A DNA stretch of 64,000 nt from an uncultured bacterium (GCA_965552055.1 CBEVQO010000001.1:288001-352000); one strand, 5' to 3'. Positions 1 through 10,013 are shown, counted from the stretch's first letter. Notes: generated by a model from the sequence alone, not told the origin. Numbers and translations are program-made.

Positions 1-1431
1 GAAATAAACAAAATCCTCGAAAAATCTGAAAAATTGAAAAATCTGAAATTAAAAGAGTTAAGAGAAATTTATGAATTGATAGATAGAGCAATAGTGGAAA
101 ATCCACCCCAAACAATAACAGAAGGCGGTATTCTGAAAAAGGGATATATAAAAGAACTCGATGAATTGCGGGAAATTTCTTTAAACAGCAAAAAATTGAT
201 TTCTGAAATGGAAGAGAGAGAAAGAAGAAGGACAGGAATACAATCACTGAAAATAGGTTATAATACAGTTTTTGGATATTACATTGAAGTTACGAAAGCA
301 AATCTTAAATATGTGCCAAAAGATTATATAAGGAAGCAAACACTTGTGAATGCAGAGCGCTTTGTAACAGAAGAACTGAAAAGATTAGAAGAAAAAATTT
401 TATCATGCGAAGAAAAGATAAAACAGATTGAATATGAAGAATTTTGCAAAATAAGAAGGGAAATAAAAGAAAAAATTGAAGATTTGCAGGAAGTATCCGA
501 AAAATTGGGCTTCATAGATTTAATCTCAAATTTCGCCTATATTTCTATAAAGAATAACTACAGGAAACCCGAAATCCATGATGGTTATGAAATTGTGATA
601 AAAAGAGGAAGGCATCCCGTTGTTGAAAAGTTAATAGAGGAAGAATTTATACCGAATGATACTGTTCTGAATGATAATCAGCAAATTTTGATAATAACAG
701 GCCCCAATATGTCTGGCAAATCCACCTATTTGCGTCAGGTAGCACTCATTGTGATAATGGCACAGATGGGCTGCTTTGTACCAGCAGATTACGCAAAGAT
801 AGGAATTGTAGATAGAGTATTTACAAGGATTGGTGCATCAGATGACTTATCCCGTGGAGTAAGCACATTTCTCGCAGAAATGATAGAAACATCTAACATT
901 TTGAACAACGCTACAAAGAGGAGCTTGGTTTTACTTGATGAAATCGGCAGAGGTACATCAACCTTTGATGGTATGGCAATAGCATGGGCTACAACTGAGT
1001 ATCTCCTGAAAAATGTGGGATGTAAAACTCTTTTTGCAACACATTATCATGAACTCGTTGATTTGCAAACAATATCTTCAAAGATTAAGAATTTTCATTT
1101 TTCTGCAAAACGCTACAAAGACAGGTTAATTTTCATGAGAGAATTAAGAGCAGGTGGATGCGATGACAGCTTCGGGATAGATGTTGCAAAGATGGCAGGA
1201 ATACCCGATGATGTTGTAAAAAGGGCAAGGAAATTATTGAGCGAGATGGAAAAATTACACAGAAAATGGCGGGAAGATAGGGCAAAATCAAGACAAAAAG
1301 AATTATTCTTTGAAAAAGAAGAGAAAAAAGAACACCCGGTTATAGAAGAATTGAGAAAAATAGATATAAATAACATGACACCCATAGAAGCCCTCCTTAA
1401 ACTAAAAGAATTAAAAGAAAAATTTGCTTGA
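1..1431 (+). CDS. mutS: DNA mismatch repair protein MutS (5' truncated by window edge)
   Basis: Frame open from base 1; MutS motifs GYYIEVT, RHPVVE, Walker A ITGPNMSGKSTYLRQ, STFLAEM, DEIGRGTST, FATHYHEL. Confidence 0.97.
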   Translation, partial: EINKILEKSEKLKNLKLKELREIYELIDRAIVENPPQTITEGGILKKGYIKELDELREISLNSKKLISEMEERERRRTGIQSLKIGYNTVFGYYIEVTKANLKYVPKDYIRKQTLVNAERFVTEELKRLEEKILSCEEKIKQIEYEEFCKIRREIKEKIEDLQEVSEKLGFIDLISNFAYISIKNNYRKPEIHDGYEIVIKRGRHPVVEKLIEEEFIPNDTVLNDNQQILIITGPNMSGKSTYLRQVALIVIMAQMGCFVPADYAKIGIVDRVFTRIGASDDLSRGVSTFLAEMIETSNILNNATKRSLVLLDEIGRGTSTFDGMAIAWATTEYLLKNVGCKTLFATHYHELVDLQTISSKIKNFHFSAKRYKDRLIFMRELRAGGCDDSFGIDVAKMAGIPDDVVKRARKLLSEMEKLHRKWREDRAKSRQKELFFEKEEKKEHPVIEELRKIDINNMTPIEALLKLKELKEKFA

Positions 1432-1519
1432 CATTTTTATGTAGAGATTAGAAAATCTCATCTTTAATTTATTTGCGGGCTTTTGATGCATTAGAATCTG
1501 AAAGATAAGCAAGATTTTA

Positions 1520-1633
1520 TAATTTTTAGCCCCTCCTCCCTGTCCCCACCGCCCTCTTGCACACCCCTCCTTTCAGTCGGGGTGTTGACCTACAACCCAT
1601 ATGTAATAAGCTCGCTTACGCTCGCATTAAAAA
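1520..1633. repeat. ~115-bp dispersed intergenic element, copy 1
   Basis: Aligns end to end with 3788-3900; 7-bp stem ACACCCC(1561-1567)/GGGGTGT(1579-1585); C-run tract; CTCGCTTACGCTCG motif. Confidence 0.85.
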
Positions 1634-1766
1634 ATTTAATGAAGGCTATAGGTTATAATCCTATACTCCCGGAAGAAAACCAATTGCATCACTATCATCT
1701 ATGGAAGATGGTGGGACGGAGTATTGCTTTTTCTTTTAAAAATCAACTGTAAATTAGCTTGACTAC

Positions 1767-2006
1767 ATGAAAATAGAGTTAAATTTAGTGATGGATAATA
1801 GCAAAGAAGTCCAGAGGTTATTTAAAGAAGCTCAGGAAGACCTGCTTCGTAGCAAAAAAACTTTTGAAATAAATGATTTTGTGGACGCAGTCCATAATGC
1901 TCAATTATCAATTGAAAAATTAGCAAAATCTGTAATAGCAGAAGAACTCATAAAAAGAGCAGAAGAAAATTTAATTCTGTGTGAAAAATTTTTAAAAAAA
2001 GATTGA
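1767..2006 (+). pseudogene. HEPN-domain protein with apparent in-frame internal deletion
   Basis: N-terminal HEPN-like helices (AQEDL...AVHNAQLSIEKLAKS) joined directly to the terminal helix; only 79 aa; adjacent to an MNT gene. Confidence 0.6.
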
Positions 2007-2009
2007 ACA

Positions 2010-2486
2010 ATGAGATGGAATAAAAGAATAATGTTATTGGAGAAAAAAAGAATTTTGAAAAGGTTAAAAGAGATTTCAAAAGATTTGCCAGATAATTTCA
2101 AGGAAGAAATATTAGCTTATGGATTGATTGGCTCTTTCGCACGCAATACAGCAAAAAAACACAGTGATATTGATATTTTTGTAATAACAAAAGAAGATAA
2201 AATTAACGAATTCGAATTTTATAAATTTTTTAAAGAAAAATTTAAAAATTTTCAACGCGATATTACCATAATCACATATTCTTTATTCGCATTAAAGAAA
2301 ATACCCTGCTGGCATACGCTTATTATGTGTAAAGAAGGCATTTTTACCTATGATAAAGGAAACATAAAGAAAATTTTCAAAGAGATATTAAAACTCGCTA
2401 AAAAACATGGAGTAATTTGGGACAACAAAAAGAAAGTATTTGTGATAAAAGATGCACCAAGGATTGTCAAATTTGAATTAGAATGA
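2010..2486 (+). CDS. Minimal nucleotidyltransferase (MNT) domain protein
   Basis: GSFARN...SDIDIFVI Pol-beta superfamily motif. Confidence 0.85.
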   Translation: MRWNKRIMLLEKKRILKRLKEISKDLPDNFKEEILAYGLIGSFARNTAKKHSDIDIFVITKEDKINEFEFYKFFKEKFKNFQRDITIITYSLFALKKIPCWHTLIMCKEGIFTYDKGNIKKIFKEILKLAKKHGVIWDNKKKVFVIKDAPRIVKFELE

Positions 2487-3410
2487 ATATTTTATGCCAA
2501 AAGTCAGCGGACTCAAATCAGGATAAAGGACATACATTATCACAGATAAAAGTGTATCGTAAAGGAAATGAAAAGTGATTGATGGAGCAAGGTCATACCC
2601 ACTGCTTTTATACAACCAGCCCATATAAAGGCCTGCAAGTGTAGCCCACGATATTCTTATAAGGCAGTGCAATGGGTTTTCAGATCTTGCATGCAACAAA
2701 CCAAATATAAGCGCCTGCGATATAAGAGCAAAAATTTCAGAGTCACTTAAGCGGGCAATCTCTGTTTGCAAAAAGCCACGAAATAATGATTCTTCAGCAA
2801 GTGCAACATTGCTAAATAAAAAACCATAATACAAAGAATTTAATAGCAAAGCATATTCAGGAGATAAACCCATGCCCCAAACTCTCACCTCGTCTTTTCC
2901 AAAAATCGGGGAAGGTTTAGGAGCATCTGACAAACAGATGGAGAGTGCAATACCCCCGCCAAGAAAGAACATAAGCGGTAATATAACTTTCAAATTAGAA
3001 AGATTTTTACCAAATGCAGAAAAATATAAATTCCAGAAAGAGTTTTTTGTCCATTTATAGGATATTTTTTCCTCCAAAAGAGCAGTTTTATATGCGGAGA
3101 ATATTGAATAAAAGTACATCTCCTGTGAAATTAATAACCCTGTGCCCAAACACACAAACGCTTTCTTTGAAGGCACATCATCAAGGTCACCATCGTCATC
3201 ATCATAATAAATAAAACCACCGATTCCCATCGTCAAAGGAAGAAGTACTCTTATCAAATCCCATCCCGCTTCCTCACTTTTGCCGTTCAAAAAGTTACCA
3301 AGACCAGGAGTAGTGTTCACAAGAGCACATAAAAGTGGTTTCAAAGAGATAGATTCAGGAATGCTATCAGATAAATTCAAACTTATTAACAAAAAATAAA
3401 CATCATTCAA
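2478..3410 (-). CDS. CPBP (Abi/CAAX type II) intramembrane metalloprotease
   Basis: EESLFRG, FGLLH and HFLYD motifs; multiple hydrophobic segments. Confidence 0.85.
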   Translation of the reverse strand: MNDVYFLLISLNLSDSIPESISLKPLLCALVNTTPGLGNFLNGKSEEAGWDLIRVLLPLTMGIGGFIYYDDDDGDLDDVPSKKAFVCLGTGLLISQEMYFYSIFSAYKTALLEEKISYKWTKNSFWNLYFSAFGKNLSNLKVILPLMFFLGGGIALSICLSDAPKPSPIFGKDEVRVWGMGLSPEYALLLNSLYYGFLFSNVALAEESLFRGFLQTEIARLSDSEIFALISQALIFGLLHARSENPLHCLIRISWATLAGLYMGWLYKSSGYDLAPSITFHFLYDTLLSVIMYVLYPDLSPLTFGIKYSF

Positions 3411-3539
3411 GGTGTTCCATTAACATAATGTATTGGAGAATCAATAAAGCAACATTCACCATCAAATTACAGATACATCCAATTACACAGCCTTTTGTTG
3501 ACGCTTTTATCCTCTCGTTAGAGATTACTTTTTTGTAAG

Positions 3540-3755
3540 TTATCTCATATTTATAAACGAATTCAGGGCTTTTACCAATAATTCTGTATCTCGGTGGCGA
3601 AGCAGGTACAATTGCTGCAACAAATATCCCATTGGTCCAAAAGCAGCACTAGCAAGATACCACAACTCCTTATCAAAATCACGAAGAGCATCTTGCTTTG
3701 CAAGCAAAGCAGGGTCTTCTGTAACAAGAATAAGAGAAAATAAAATCACCTTCAC
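3540..3755 (-). CDS. Small hypothetical protein or gene remnant (GTG start, MKVILFSLILV...)
   Basis: 3' part of ORF 3540-3833; GTG lies 5 nt after a TTGACA-N15-TAAAAT promoter match. Confidence 0.4.
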   Translation of the reverse strand: MKVILFSLILVTEDPALLAKQDALRDFDKELWYLASAAFGPMGYLLQQLYLLRHRDTELLVKALNSFINMR

Positions 3756-3787
3756 ATAAAATTTTAAAAAAATAATAGTTTTGTCAA

Positions 3788-3900
3788 TAATTTTTAGCCC
3801 CTCCTCCCAGTCCCCTCCTTCCCATTTGCACACCCCTCCTTACACTCGGGGTGTGACAAAAAACCCTTATGTAATATACTCGCTTCGCTCGTATTAAAAA
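3788..3900. repeat. ~115-bp dispersed intergenic element, copy 2
   Basis: Same orientation as 1520-1633; stem ACACCCC(3830-3836)/GGGGTGT(3848-3854) conserved, loop differs. Confidence 0.85.
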
Positions 3901-3910
3901 TCTTATTCTC

Positions 3911-3937
3911 TTGACATACTGATATAGAAATTAAAAT
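3911..3937 (+). promoter_or_regulatory. sigma70-like promoter TTGACA-N15-TAAAAT
   Basis: Exact hexamers; ATG at 3943. Confidence 0.65.
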
Positions 3938-3942
3938 TGGAG

Positions 3943-4815
3943 ATGAAAACGATAATCGTTCACGGCGGAGCAGGCATTATAACTGAATTTATCGAAGAAA
4001 GATTAAAAGGACTGGAGAAAGCAGTCGATAAGGGCTTTGAGATACTTGAAAAGGAAGATGACCCTGTAAAAGCTGTAATTGAAGCGATTAAAGTTCTCGA
4101 AAATGATGAACATTTCAATGCAGGTTTTGGCTCTGCATTAAATTTATGCGGAGATGTTGAAATGGATGCTTCTATAATGACAAGTGATGGCAGGTGTGGA
4201 GCAGTTGGATGTATAAAAGGTGTTAAAAATCCAATCGAAATCGCCTATCTTGTTATGGAAAAGACAGACCATATATTGCTTTGCGGTGAAGGTGCAACGC
4301 AATTTGCACGCCTATACGGTGTAAAATATTTCAACCCAATAAGTGAAAAAGCATTGAGATTCTGGAGAGAATATTTCGATAAAAAGGATAGGTATTTTAA
4401 GCATTATAAAGAGTTTTATTCAACTGTGGGAGCTGTTGCAATCAATTCATCAGGTAGATTATGTGCGGGCACATCAACAGGCGGTATCTTACACAAACTA
4501 CCGGGAAGGGTGGGCGATAGTGCAATAATAGGTGCAGGAACTTATTGCTCAAAAGAAGGAGCTGCTTCTGCAACAGGGCACGGCGAAGGCATAATCAAAA
4601 ATTTTATAACAAAGTATGCAGTGGATATGCTGAAAAAATACTCCGCAAAAGAAACAGCAGAATTATGTAAAAAAATAAATTGCAAATTCGGAATCATAAT
4701 CGTTGATAAAAACGGAGAAATCGGATTTTCCTTTACAACACCACAATTTTTGGTCGGATATAAAAATGAAAAAGAGGAAAAAATTTTATTTCTTAATAGT
4801 AAAAATACAGGTTGA
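3943..4815 (+). CDS. iaaA: Isoaspartyl peptidase / L-asparaginase (Ntn hydrolase)
   Basis: IIVHGGAG, FNAGFGS, EMDASIM, nucleophile TVGAVA, STGG, GRVGDS, TGHGE. Confidence 0.9.
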   Translation: MKTIIVHGGAGIITEFIEERLKGLEKAVDKGFEILEKEDDPVKAVIEAIKVLENDEHFNAGFGSALNLCGDVEMDASIMTSDGRCGAVGCIKGVKNPIEIAYLVMEKTDHILLCGEGATQFARLYGVKYFNPISEKALRFWREYFDKKDRYFKHYKEFYSTVGAVAINSSGRLCAGTSTGGILHKLPGRVGDSAIIGAGTYCSKEGAASATGHGEGIIKNFITKYAVDMLKKYSAKETAELCKKINCKFGIIIVDKNGEIGFSFTTPQFLVGYKNEKEEKILFLNSKNTG

Positions 4816-6168
4816 TGTCAAATAAGGTGCAACGGTAACTTCTTGCTTAAATTCTTTGCCATTTAGCCTTGCTATCATAGTATATGTGCCAGCAGGCACA
4901 TCTTTAAATAAAAACTCACCGTTTATATCTGAATACACTTTTATATTTAATTCTTTTATAAGAATTTCAACATTCGGAATTCTTTGCTTTGTCTCGATAT
5001 CTATTACTGTGCCCATAATCTTTCCGAGTGGAGAATAAATTTCAACAGCAGATGCTATTTTACCACCAGATATTTTCCACATCTCATAAGTGCCAAGCAC
5101 ATCACCATTTTCATCGAAGTCAACAGGACCTGATGCTCCTTCGTAATTTATATCCTCACCTATTTCTATTAATTTCTTTCCACGCTCAAATTCACCCGGA
5201 GTAACGGTTATACCGGGAGGATTTGAAACTTCAACTAATGCTGATTTTAACTTTGAAGGTTCAATTGATTTTGCTTTCAGCATAGCAAAAGCAAGTAACA
5301 TCATAAGGTCATAATGAGTATCACACCACACATAATTTGATGGATTTTCACCATATTTCTTCATAAACATTTTGGCAAATTTATCATAGTTAGGACCGCC
5401 TACATAAGGAGCAGTACCTACCATGCCTTCAAGATTCGCATCACCCGCTCCTTTAATAAAAGCTTCGTTCTTCAAACCTTCTGAGAAAATGAAAAAGCCA
5501 CCATAACCTTCTTTAAGCCATTCTCTAACAATTGCAGAACCACTCTGGGGATAACCTATTAAAACACATAACATTGGATTTTTAGAAAATGCCTTTATAA
5601 CCTCTTCCTTATATGAAGATTTACCCGGTTTATAAGGGACTTTTGCTATTATTCTGCCTCCTCCTTTTTTGAACTCTTCTTCAAATTTATTTGCCAAACC
5701 TTTACCATACGAGTTATCTATATAAAGGATACTTGCAGTCTTAAAGCCTTTATTCCTCGCTATTATCGCCATGACTATCCCCTGAAGCTCATCAGATGGA
5801 CATGTCCTGAAAAACACATTGTTAGGGTCATTATAGGTGAAATAAGGAGAAGTTGAACCTCCATTTAAAATAATGACATCTTTATCTTTTACATAGTTGA
5901 GAATTGCCCTTGTAACAGAACTAGACATGGCTCCTATTATAACTTTTACTCCTTGTGATATTAATTCCTTTGCACATTTTACGCCTTCAGCAGGTGAAGT
6001 TTTTGAATCTTTTATTATCAATGCGATTGTATCCCCGAGAATTCCTGCTCTATTTATCTCCTCAACTGCCAATCTCAAACCCTTTTCTGCAGGAGGACCG
6101 TAAGATGCAAGGTCACCCGAATAAGGAAGGATAACCCCGATTTTTATGGCGAAGATTAAAAACAGCAT
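4786..6168 (-). CDS. Branched-chain amino acid type ABC substrate-binding protein with C-terminal carboxypeptidase-regulatory-like (Ig) domain
   Basis: IKIGVILPYSG, AVEEIN, FFRTCPSD, YEGASGPVDFDENGD; last ~80 aa GKIMGTVID...SDINGEF..VPAGTY; RBS AGGAGG. Confidence 0.85.
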   Translation of the reverse strand: MLFLIFAIKIGVILPYSGDLASYGPPAEKGLRLAVEEINRAGILGDTIALIIKDSKTSPAEGVKCAKELISQGVKVIIGAMSSSVTRAILNYVKDKDVIILNGGSTSPYFTYNDPNNVFFRTCPSDELQGIVMAIIARNKGFKTASILYIDNSYGKGLANKFEEEFKKGGGRIIAKVPYKPGKSSYKEEVIKAFSKNPMLCVLIGYPQSGSAIVREWLKEGYGGFFIFSEGLKNEAFIKGAGDANLEGMVGTAPYVGGPNYDKFAKMFMKKYGENPSNYVWCDTHYDLMMLLAFAMLKAKSIEPSKLKSALVEVSNPPGITVTPGEFERGKKLIEIGEDINYEGASGPVDFDENGDVLGTYEMWKISGGKIASAVEIYSPLGKIMGTVIDIETKQRIPNVEILIKELNIKVYSDINGEFLFKDVPAGTYTMIARLNGKEFKQEVTVAPYLTSTCIFTIKK

Positions 6169-6185
6169 CGCGCCTCCTTTTTAAT

Positions 6186-6216
6186 AAAAAAGGGGAGGGA
6201 GCTCAGCTCCCTCCCC
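6186..6216 (-). terminator. Rho-independent terminator
   Basis: 11-bp stem GGGGAGGGAGC/GCTCCCTCCCC with 3-nt loop, followed by T6 on the minus strand. Confidence 0.85.
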
Positions 6217-6226
6217 CGCCATCCCA

Positions 6227-7480
6227 TCAGAACCCTATACACATGAAAGCATAGCCCGCAAACATGGGGTCTTCGCCTGCAAAGTATTTACCGGGTAGAT
6301 AATAGCCGAAAGTAGCTCCCATATCCAGTGTCTTTGAATATTTGTAGAGAAGCAGTAAGTCGAACTCCATTCCCTTATCCTTATCGGTACCAGTGGGTGC
6401 CCATACCGCCTGATACTTGAAGAAGTCAAGTCTTATTGAAAGGTCACCCATCTTATATCCAGCATTCACATCTATAACGATATTGTTTGTAACATCATCT
6501 GTCCATGGTGCAAGCAGTGAGAAACCATATTGTGAGCGTAATGTCTGACACACACCAAATCCAGGCCACCATTTATAGAAGCCAAAGGTATAAGGTCCCC
6601 ATGTGGGAGACTCATAAGCCTCGTTTTTATCGGTAGTTGTTCCATCATCACCTGAGAAGTAGAGACCTGCAAAGCCAAATGAAATTGGTCCCGTGCTATA
6701 TGAAACCTTACCCATGCCATGCATACCAGCATAGCTAACACCTGCTCCATTATCACCCATCATCATGGCAAATTCAAGAGCTAAATCAAGACCAGAAATA
6801 GGTGCACCTGCTATCCTCAGGCCTCCCCACATCGGCTTATCATCCTTCAGCACCCTGTAAAATGCATAAGGACTTATATTTAGACCCGCAACCTTGGCTG
6901 TTATCCATGTGCCAAAGAGATTCCAGTCAGGAGTAGGATAGCGCGTAGTATCTCCAGCAGGATAAGCACCTACACCAGCACATCCTCCGCCTTCTCTAAG
7001 GTCATAGTAGAATATATCGGCATCAATCATTTCACTCCTGTAAAAGAGCTTTGCACCAAGGAAACCATCTTCTCCGCCATCAAAAATCTGGTCACCATAG
7101 AGAATATGCTCCTTACCAAATCTAAAGGATAAAGGAGTGCCTCCTATATTTTCAAGAGTTATATAACCTTCTCTGACCGCAACTGCATCACCCGGACTAC
7201 CACCCTGTATGGGTGTTTCACCTGTAATCGCATGTGTGCCAAATGTTCCCCAGCAACCAAATGTAGTGTGAAGCTTTATACCTTTGCCGAAATCTGTATT
7301 AACAGTGAAATCAAAATGTAGATAATGGAACAGGTCGCTGTCCTTCGTATTCTTATCGAAATCCGAATTGTTCCAGTAGAAGCTGTAGTCGTAGAACAGT
7401 CCATGATACTCCACCTTTGGCTGTCCCCACAGATATCCTGCGAGTAACATTACCCCCATAATACTCAACACTCTACGCAT
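6227..7480 (-). CDS. Outer-membrane beta-barrel protein (alginate-export-like porin)
   Basis: Signal peptide, alternating aromatic strands, REGYITL..RFGKE, GMEFDL, C-terminal Phe. Confidence 0.65.
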   Translation of the reverse strand: MRRVLSIMGVMLLAGYLWGQPKVEYHGLFYDYSFYWNNSDFDKNTKDSDLFHYLHFDFTVNTDFGKGIKLHTTFGCWGTFGTHAITGETPIQGGSPGDAVAVREGYITLENIGGTPLSFRFGKEHILYGDQIFDGGEDGFLGAKLFYRSEMIDADIFYYDLREGGGCAGVGAYPAGDTTRYPTPDWNLFGTWITAKVAGLNISPYAFYRVLKDDKPMWGGLRIAGAPISGLDLALEFAMMMGDNGAGVSYAGMHGMGKVSYSTGPISFGFAGLYFSGDDGTTTDKNEAYESPTWGPYTFGFYKWWPGFGVCQTLRSQYGFSLLAPWTDDVTNNIVIDVNAGYKMGDLSIRLDFFKYQAVWAPTGTDKDKGMEFDLLLLYKYSKTLDMGATFGYYLPGKYFAGEDPMFAGYAFMCIGF

Positions 7481-7500
7481 AGCCCCTCCTTTTTAAAAGA

Positions 7501-7515
7501 GGGGGCAAAGCCCCC
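7501..7515 (-). terminator. Short intercistronic hairpin
   Basis: GGGGGC-AAA-GCCCCC, followed by TCTTTT on the minus strand. Confidence 0.45.
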
Positions 7516-7522
7516 AGAAACA

Positions 7523-8359
7523 TCACTTAGGACATATAGCAAACGCCCTGCACGGAAAACCACTACCATCTTTGGGCTTCGGCCACGCAACCACGATTAT
7601 AGCACCAACAGGTGGTACCTTATCGAGATTCGTCATAACCTCAACCTGGAAATGATCATGATGGAGTAGCCAGGTTTCACCTTCCAGATTATGCGTTGTA
7701 TCTGTATCCATCGTTTCATGACCTATTGCAAGAATCTTTCTCTCGGTAAACAGCCATTTGACAGCCTCCGGGTCCCATGCAGGGAAAGGACTGCTCTTAA
7801 ACTTATCAAAATTACCTTCCTCCCAGTATTTTGACCAGTCAGTCCTCAAAGCAACAAATGCACCTTCTGGAATCTTACCATATTTCTTCTCCCATTCTTT
7901 AATGTCTTCCACACTGCACTGATGATAGGGCTCCTTCTTCAACTTCGGTGTAATATCTATCACACAAAGAGGAGCAATCATCCATTCAACCGGCATCTTA
8001 TCAAGTGTCATTCCACCTTTCTTAAAGTGACAGGGCGGATCAACATGCGTACCATATTGCCCTACATGAGTATAAATATGGGCGATGAAGCCATGCTTAT
8101 CGTAGGTGTAAACCTCTCCTTTCTTAGCATAACCAGGAATATCAACGGGCGCCCTCGCTCTTTCAAACTTTGCCTGTCCAAAGCCATACCACACAGGCGT
8201 ATTCTCAGCAAATGTGTGCGTCAGATCAACGAACTTCGCACCCTTTATATACTTGTAATAAACCTTCCACAGTCCAGGAGGTCCCCAGCCCCAGCTGCTG
8301 ACTCCTGCCAGCAAACCGACTCCAAATATTATTGCATATAGACACTTGCTCCTACGCAT
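7523..8359 (-). CDS. Cyclase-family metal-dependent hydrolase (kynurenine formamidase/isatin hydrolase-like), with signal peptide
   Basis: VDLTH, QYGTHVDPPCHF, GSGFPCRAFA. Confidence 0.88.
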   Translation of the reverse strand: MRRSKCLYAIIFGVGLLAGVSSWGWGPPGLWKVYYKYIKGAKFVDLTHTFAENTPVWYGFGQAKFERARAPVDIPGYAKKGEVYTYDKHGFIAHIYTHVGQYGTHVDPPCHFKKGGMTLDKMPVEWMIAPLCVIDITPKLKKEPYHQCSVEDIKEWEKKYGKIPEGAFVALRTDWSKYWEEGNFDKFKSSPFPAWDPEAVKWLFTERKILAIGHETMDTDTTHNLEGETWLLHHDHFQVEVMTNLDKVPPVGAIIVVAWPKPKDGSGFPCRAFAICPK

Positions 8360-8456
8360 GACCCCTCCTTTTTGATGCTATCAATAGACAAATTATAAGA
8401 CCACCATAAAGAATCAATATACCTATCCCTAACATAATCCAGGCAGAAACAGGCAT
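8352..8456 (-). CDS. MetS-like small subunit of NSS transporter (34 aa)
   Basis: MPVSAWIMLGIGILILYGGLIICLLIA; start overlaps the NSS transporter stop (TAATG). Confidence 0.8.
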   Translation of the reverse strand: MPVSAWIMLGIGILILYGGLIICLLIASKRRGHA

Positions 8457-9913
8457 TAAGCCCTCCTTACTCTCATAAGCAGGAAAGAAGCTATTAAAAT
8501 CGCACAAACAACACCAAAACCAACCCATAAACATGAAGAAGGATAACCTCCATAACCATTTTTAATCGTATTTATAACCTGCAATATAAATAACACACCA
8601 AGGATCACAGGAGTTATTATCTTTATACAAATATCCCACCATACACCAATTTTTATCTCCGAAACTTCATTTATATATTTGCGCCACTCAGAAGGCTTCG
8701 AAACATAACCTATCACAATACACTCAATTAAACCAACAAGCGTTATCACAAAGAAACACACAAAATAATCAATTATATCAAGCCAGTAAAAACCTCCCTG
8801 ACGAGAAAATACTGCACTAGCTATAAGAAAAGCACTACCACACGCCAAAGCAAGAACTTTATTTTTATTGTAACCAAAACGATCCGAGAAACCAGCAGTA
8901 AAAGGCTCAACCTGAGAAACAGCCGATGTTAAACCCGCTATAAACAAAAGCAGGAAAAATAAAACACCGAAAACAGGCGCACCAAAAGGTAATTTGCTTA
9001 TAGCAGAAGGATAAGTAACAAAAGCCAAACCAAAACCCCCAGAAACAACATCCTTAACTTCACACCCTCTCAAAGTAGCAAGATATCCAAGAGTAGAAAA
9101 TACAGCAAAACCAGCAAAGAAACTAAATCCACAATTGCCAAGCGAAACTATAAAAGCATTATTGGTAATATCAGAACGCTCAGGCAAATAAGAAGAATAA
9201 ACTATCATAGAACCCATAGCAAGCGACAATGTGAAGAAAATCTGACCATAAGCTGCAAGCCATACCTTCGGATCCTTAAGAACACTGAATCTCGGGGTAA
9301 GATAAAATTTCAAACCCTCAATCGACCCCCTCAATGTAAGACCCCTTATCACCATTATCGTAATGAGTATCCACATCACAACCATTAAGTAAGTCACTAT
9401 CTGTCCGAGACGCTTTATCCCCTTAAACAAACTCAAATAAATAAGACCCCACGAAATTATCAACGCTATAAAAACCTGAGGCCTCAAACCACCAAGTATA
9501 AGAGGATGGGTCTTGCGTAAAAACGACCAGTTGAAAAAGTTCTCAGGGTCCGCACCCCATTGCAACTTTATCGAATAGAACAGATAATCAAGACACCATG
9601 CCATTATCACAGGATAATAGAAGAAAATTAACATCACTCCAAAATTGGCAAACCAGCCAAGCCACTCTGTTTTCGGATTCACTTTGTAATAAGCAAGAGG
9701 GGGACTACCCTGGGTCTTCCTTCCTACCGCAAACTCAAGTATCATCAGAGGAATACCTGCTGTTAAAAGCGCAATAAAATAGGGGATAAGAAAAGCACCG
9801 CCACCATTTGTATAGCACATATAAGGGAAACGCCAGATGTTACCGAGACCTACCGCACAACCAAGGGAAGCCATTATAAATGCCAACCTGCTTCCCCAGC
9901 GCTCCCTCATCAC
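8456..9913 (-). CDS. Sodium-dependent transporter, NSS (SLC6) family
   Basis: RERWGSR, AVGLGNIWRFPY, GGGAFLIPY, AYGQIFFTLS. Confidence 0.95.
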   Translation of the reverse strand: MMRERWGSRLAFIMASLGCAVGLGNIWRFPYMCYTNGGGAFLIPYFIALLTAGIPLMILEFAVGRKTQGSPPLAYYKVNPKTEWLGWFANFGVMLIFFYYPVIMAWCLDYLFYSIKLQWGADPENFFNWSFLRKTHPLILGGLRPQVFIALIISWGLIYLSLFKGIKRLGQIVTYLMVVMWILITIMVIRGLTLRGSIEGLKFYLTPRFSVLKDPKVWLAAYGQIFFTLSLAMGSMIVYSSYLPERSDITNNAFIVSLGNCGFSFFAGFAVFSTLGYLATLRGCEVKDVVSGGFGLAFVTYPSAISKLPFGAPVFGVLFFLLLFIAGLTSAVSQVEPFTAGFSDRFGYNKNKVLALACGSAFLIASAVFSRQGGFYWLDIIDYFVCFFVITLVGLIECIVIGYVSKPSEWRKYINEVSEIKIGVWWDICIKIITPVILGVLFILQVINTIKNGYGGYPSSCLWVGFGVVCAILIASFLLMRVRRA

Positions 9914-9918
9914 TACCT

Positions 9919-9945
9919 ATTATAATCATTTTATGCCTTTGTCAA
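9919..9945 (-). promoter_or_regulatory. sigma70-like promoter TTGACA-N15-TATAAT
   Basis: TGTCAA 9940-9945 and ATTATA 9919-9924 on the plus strand; GTG start 5 nt downstream. Confidence 0.7.
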
Positions 9946-10013
9946 GAAAAAATTTCAAAATTTTTTGACTTGACAAATCAGTATTTTCTTAAAATTAAGA
10001 TAAAGGAGGGGGT

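Noticed and set aside
3756..3833. 5' extension of ORF 3540-3833 (MCKWEGGDWEEG...)
   Set aside because: Runs through the dispersed repeat and a promoter; GTG at 3755 is the better start
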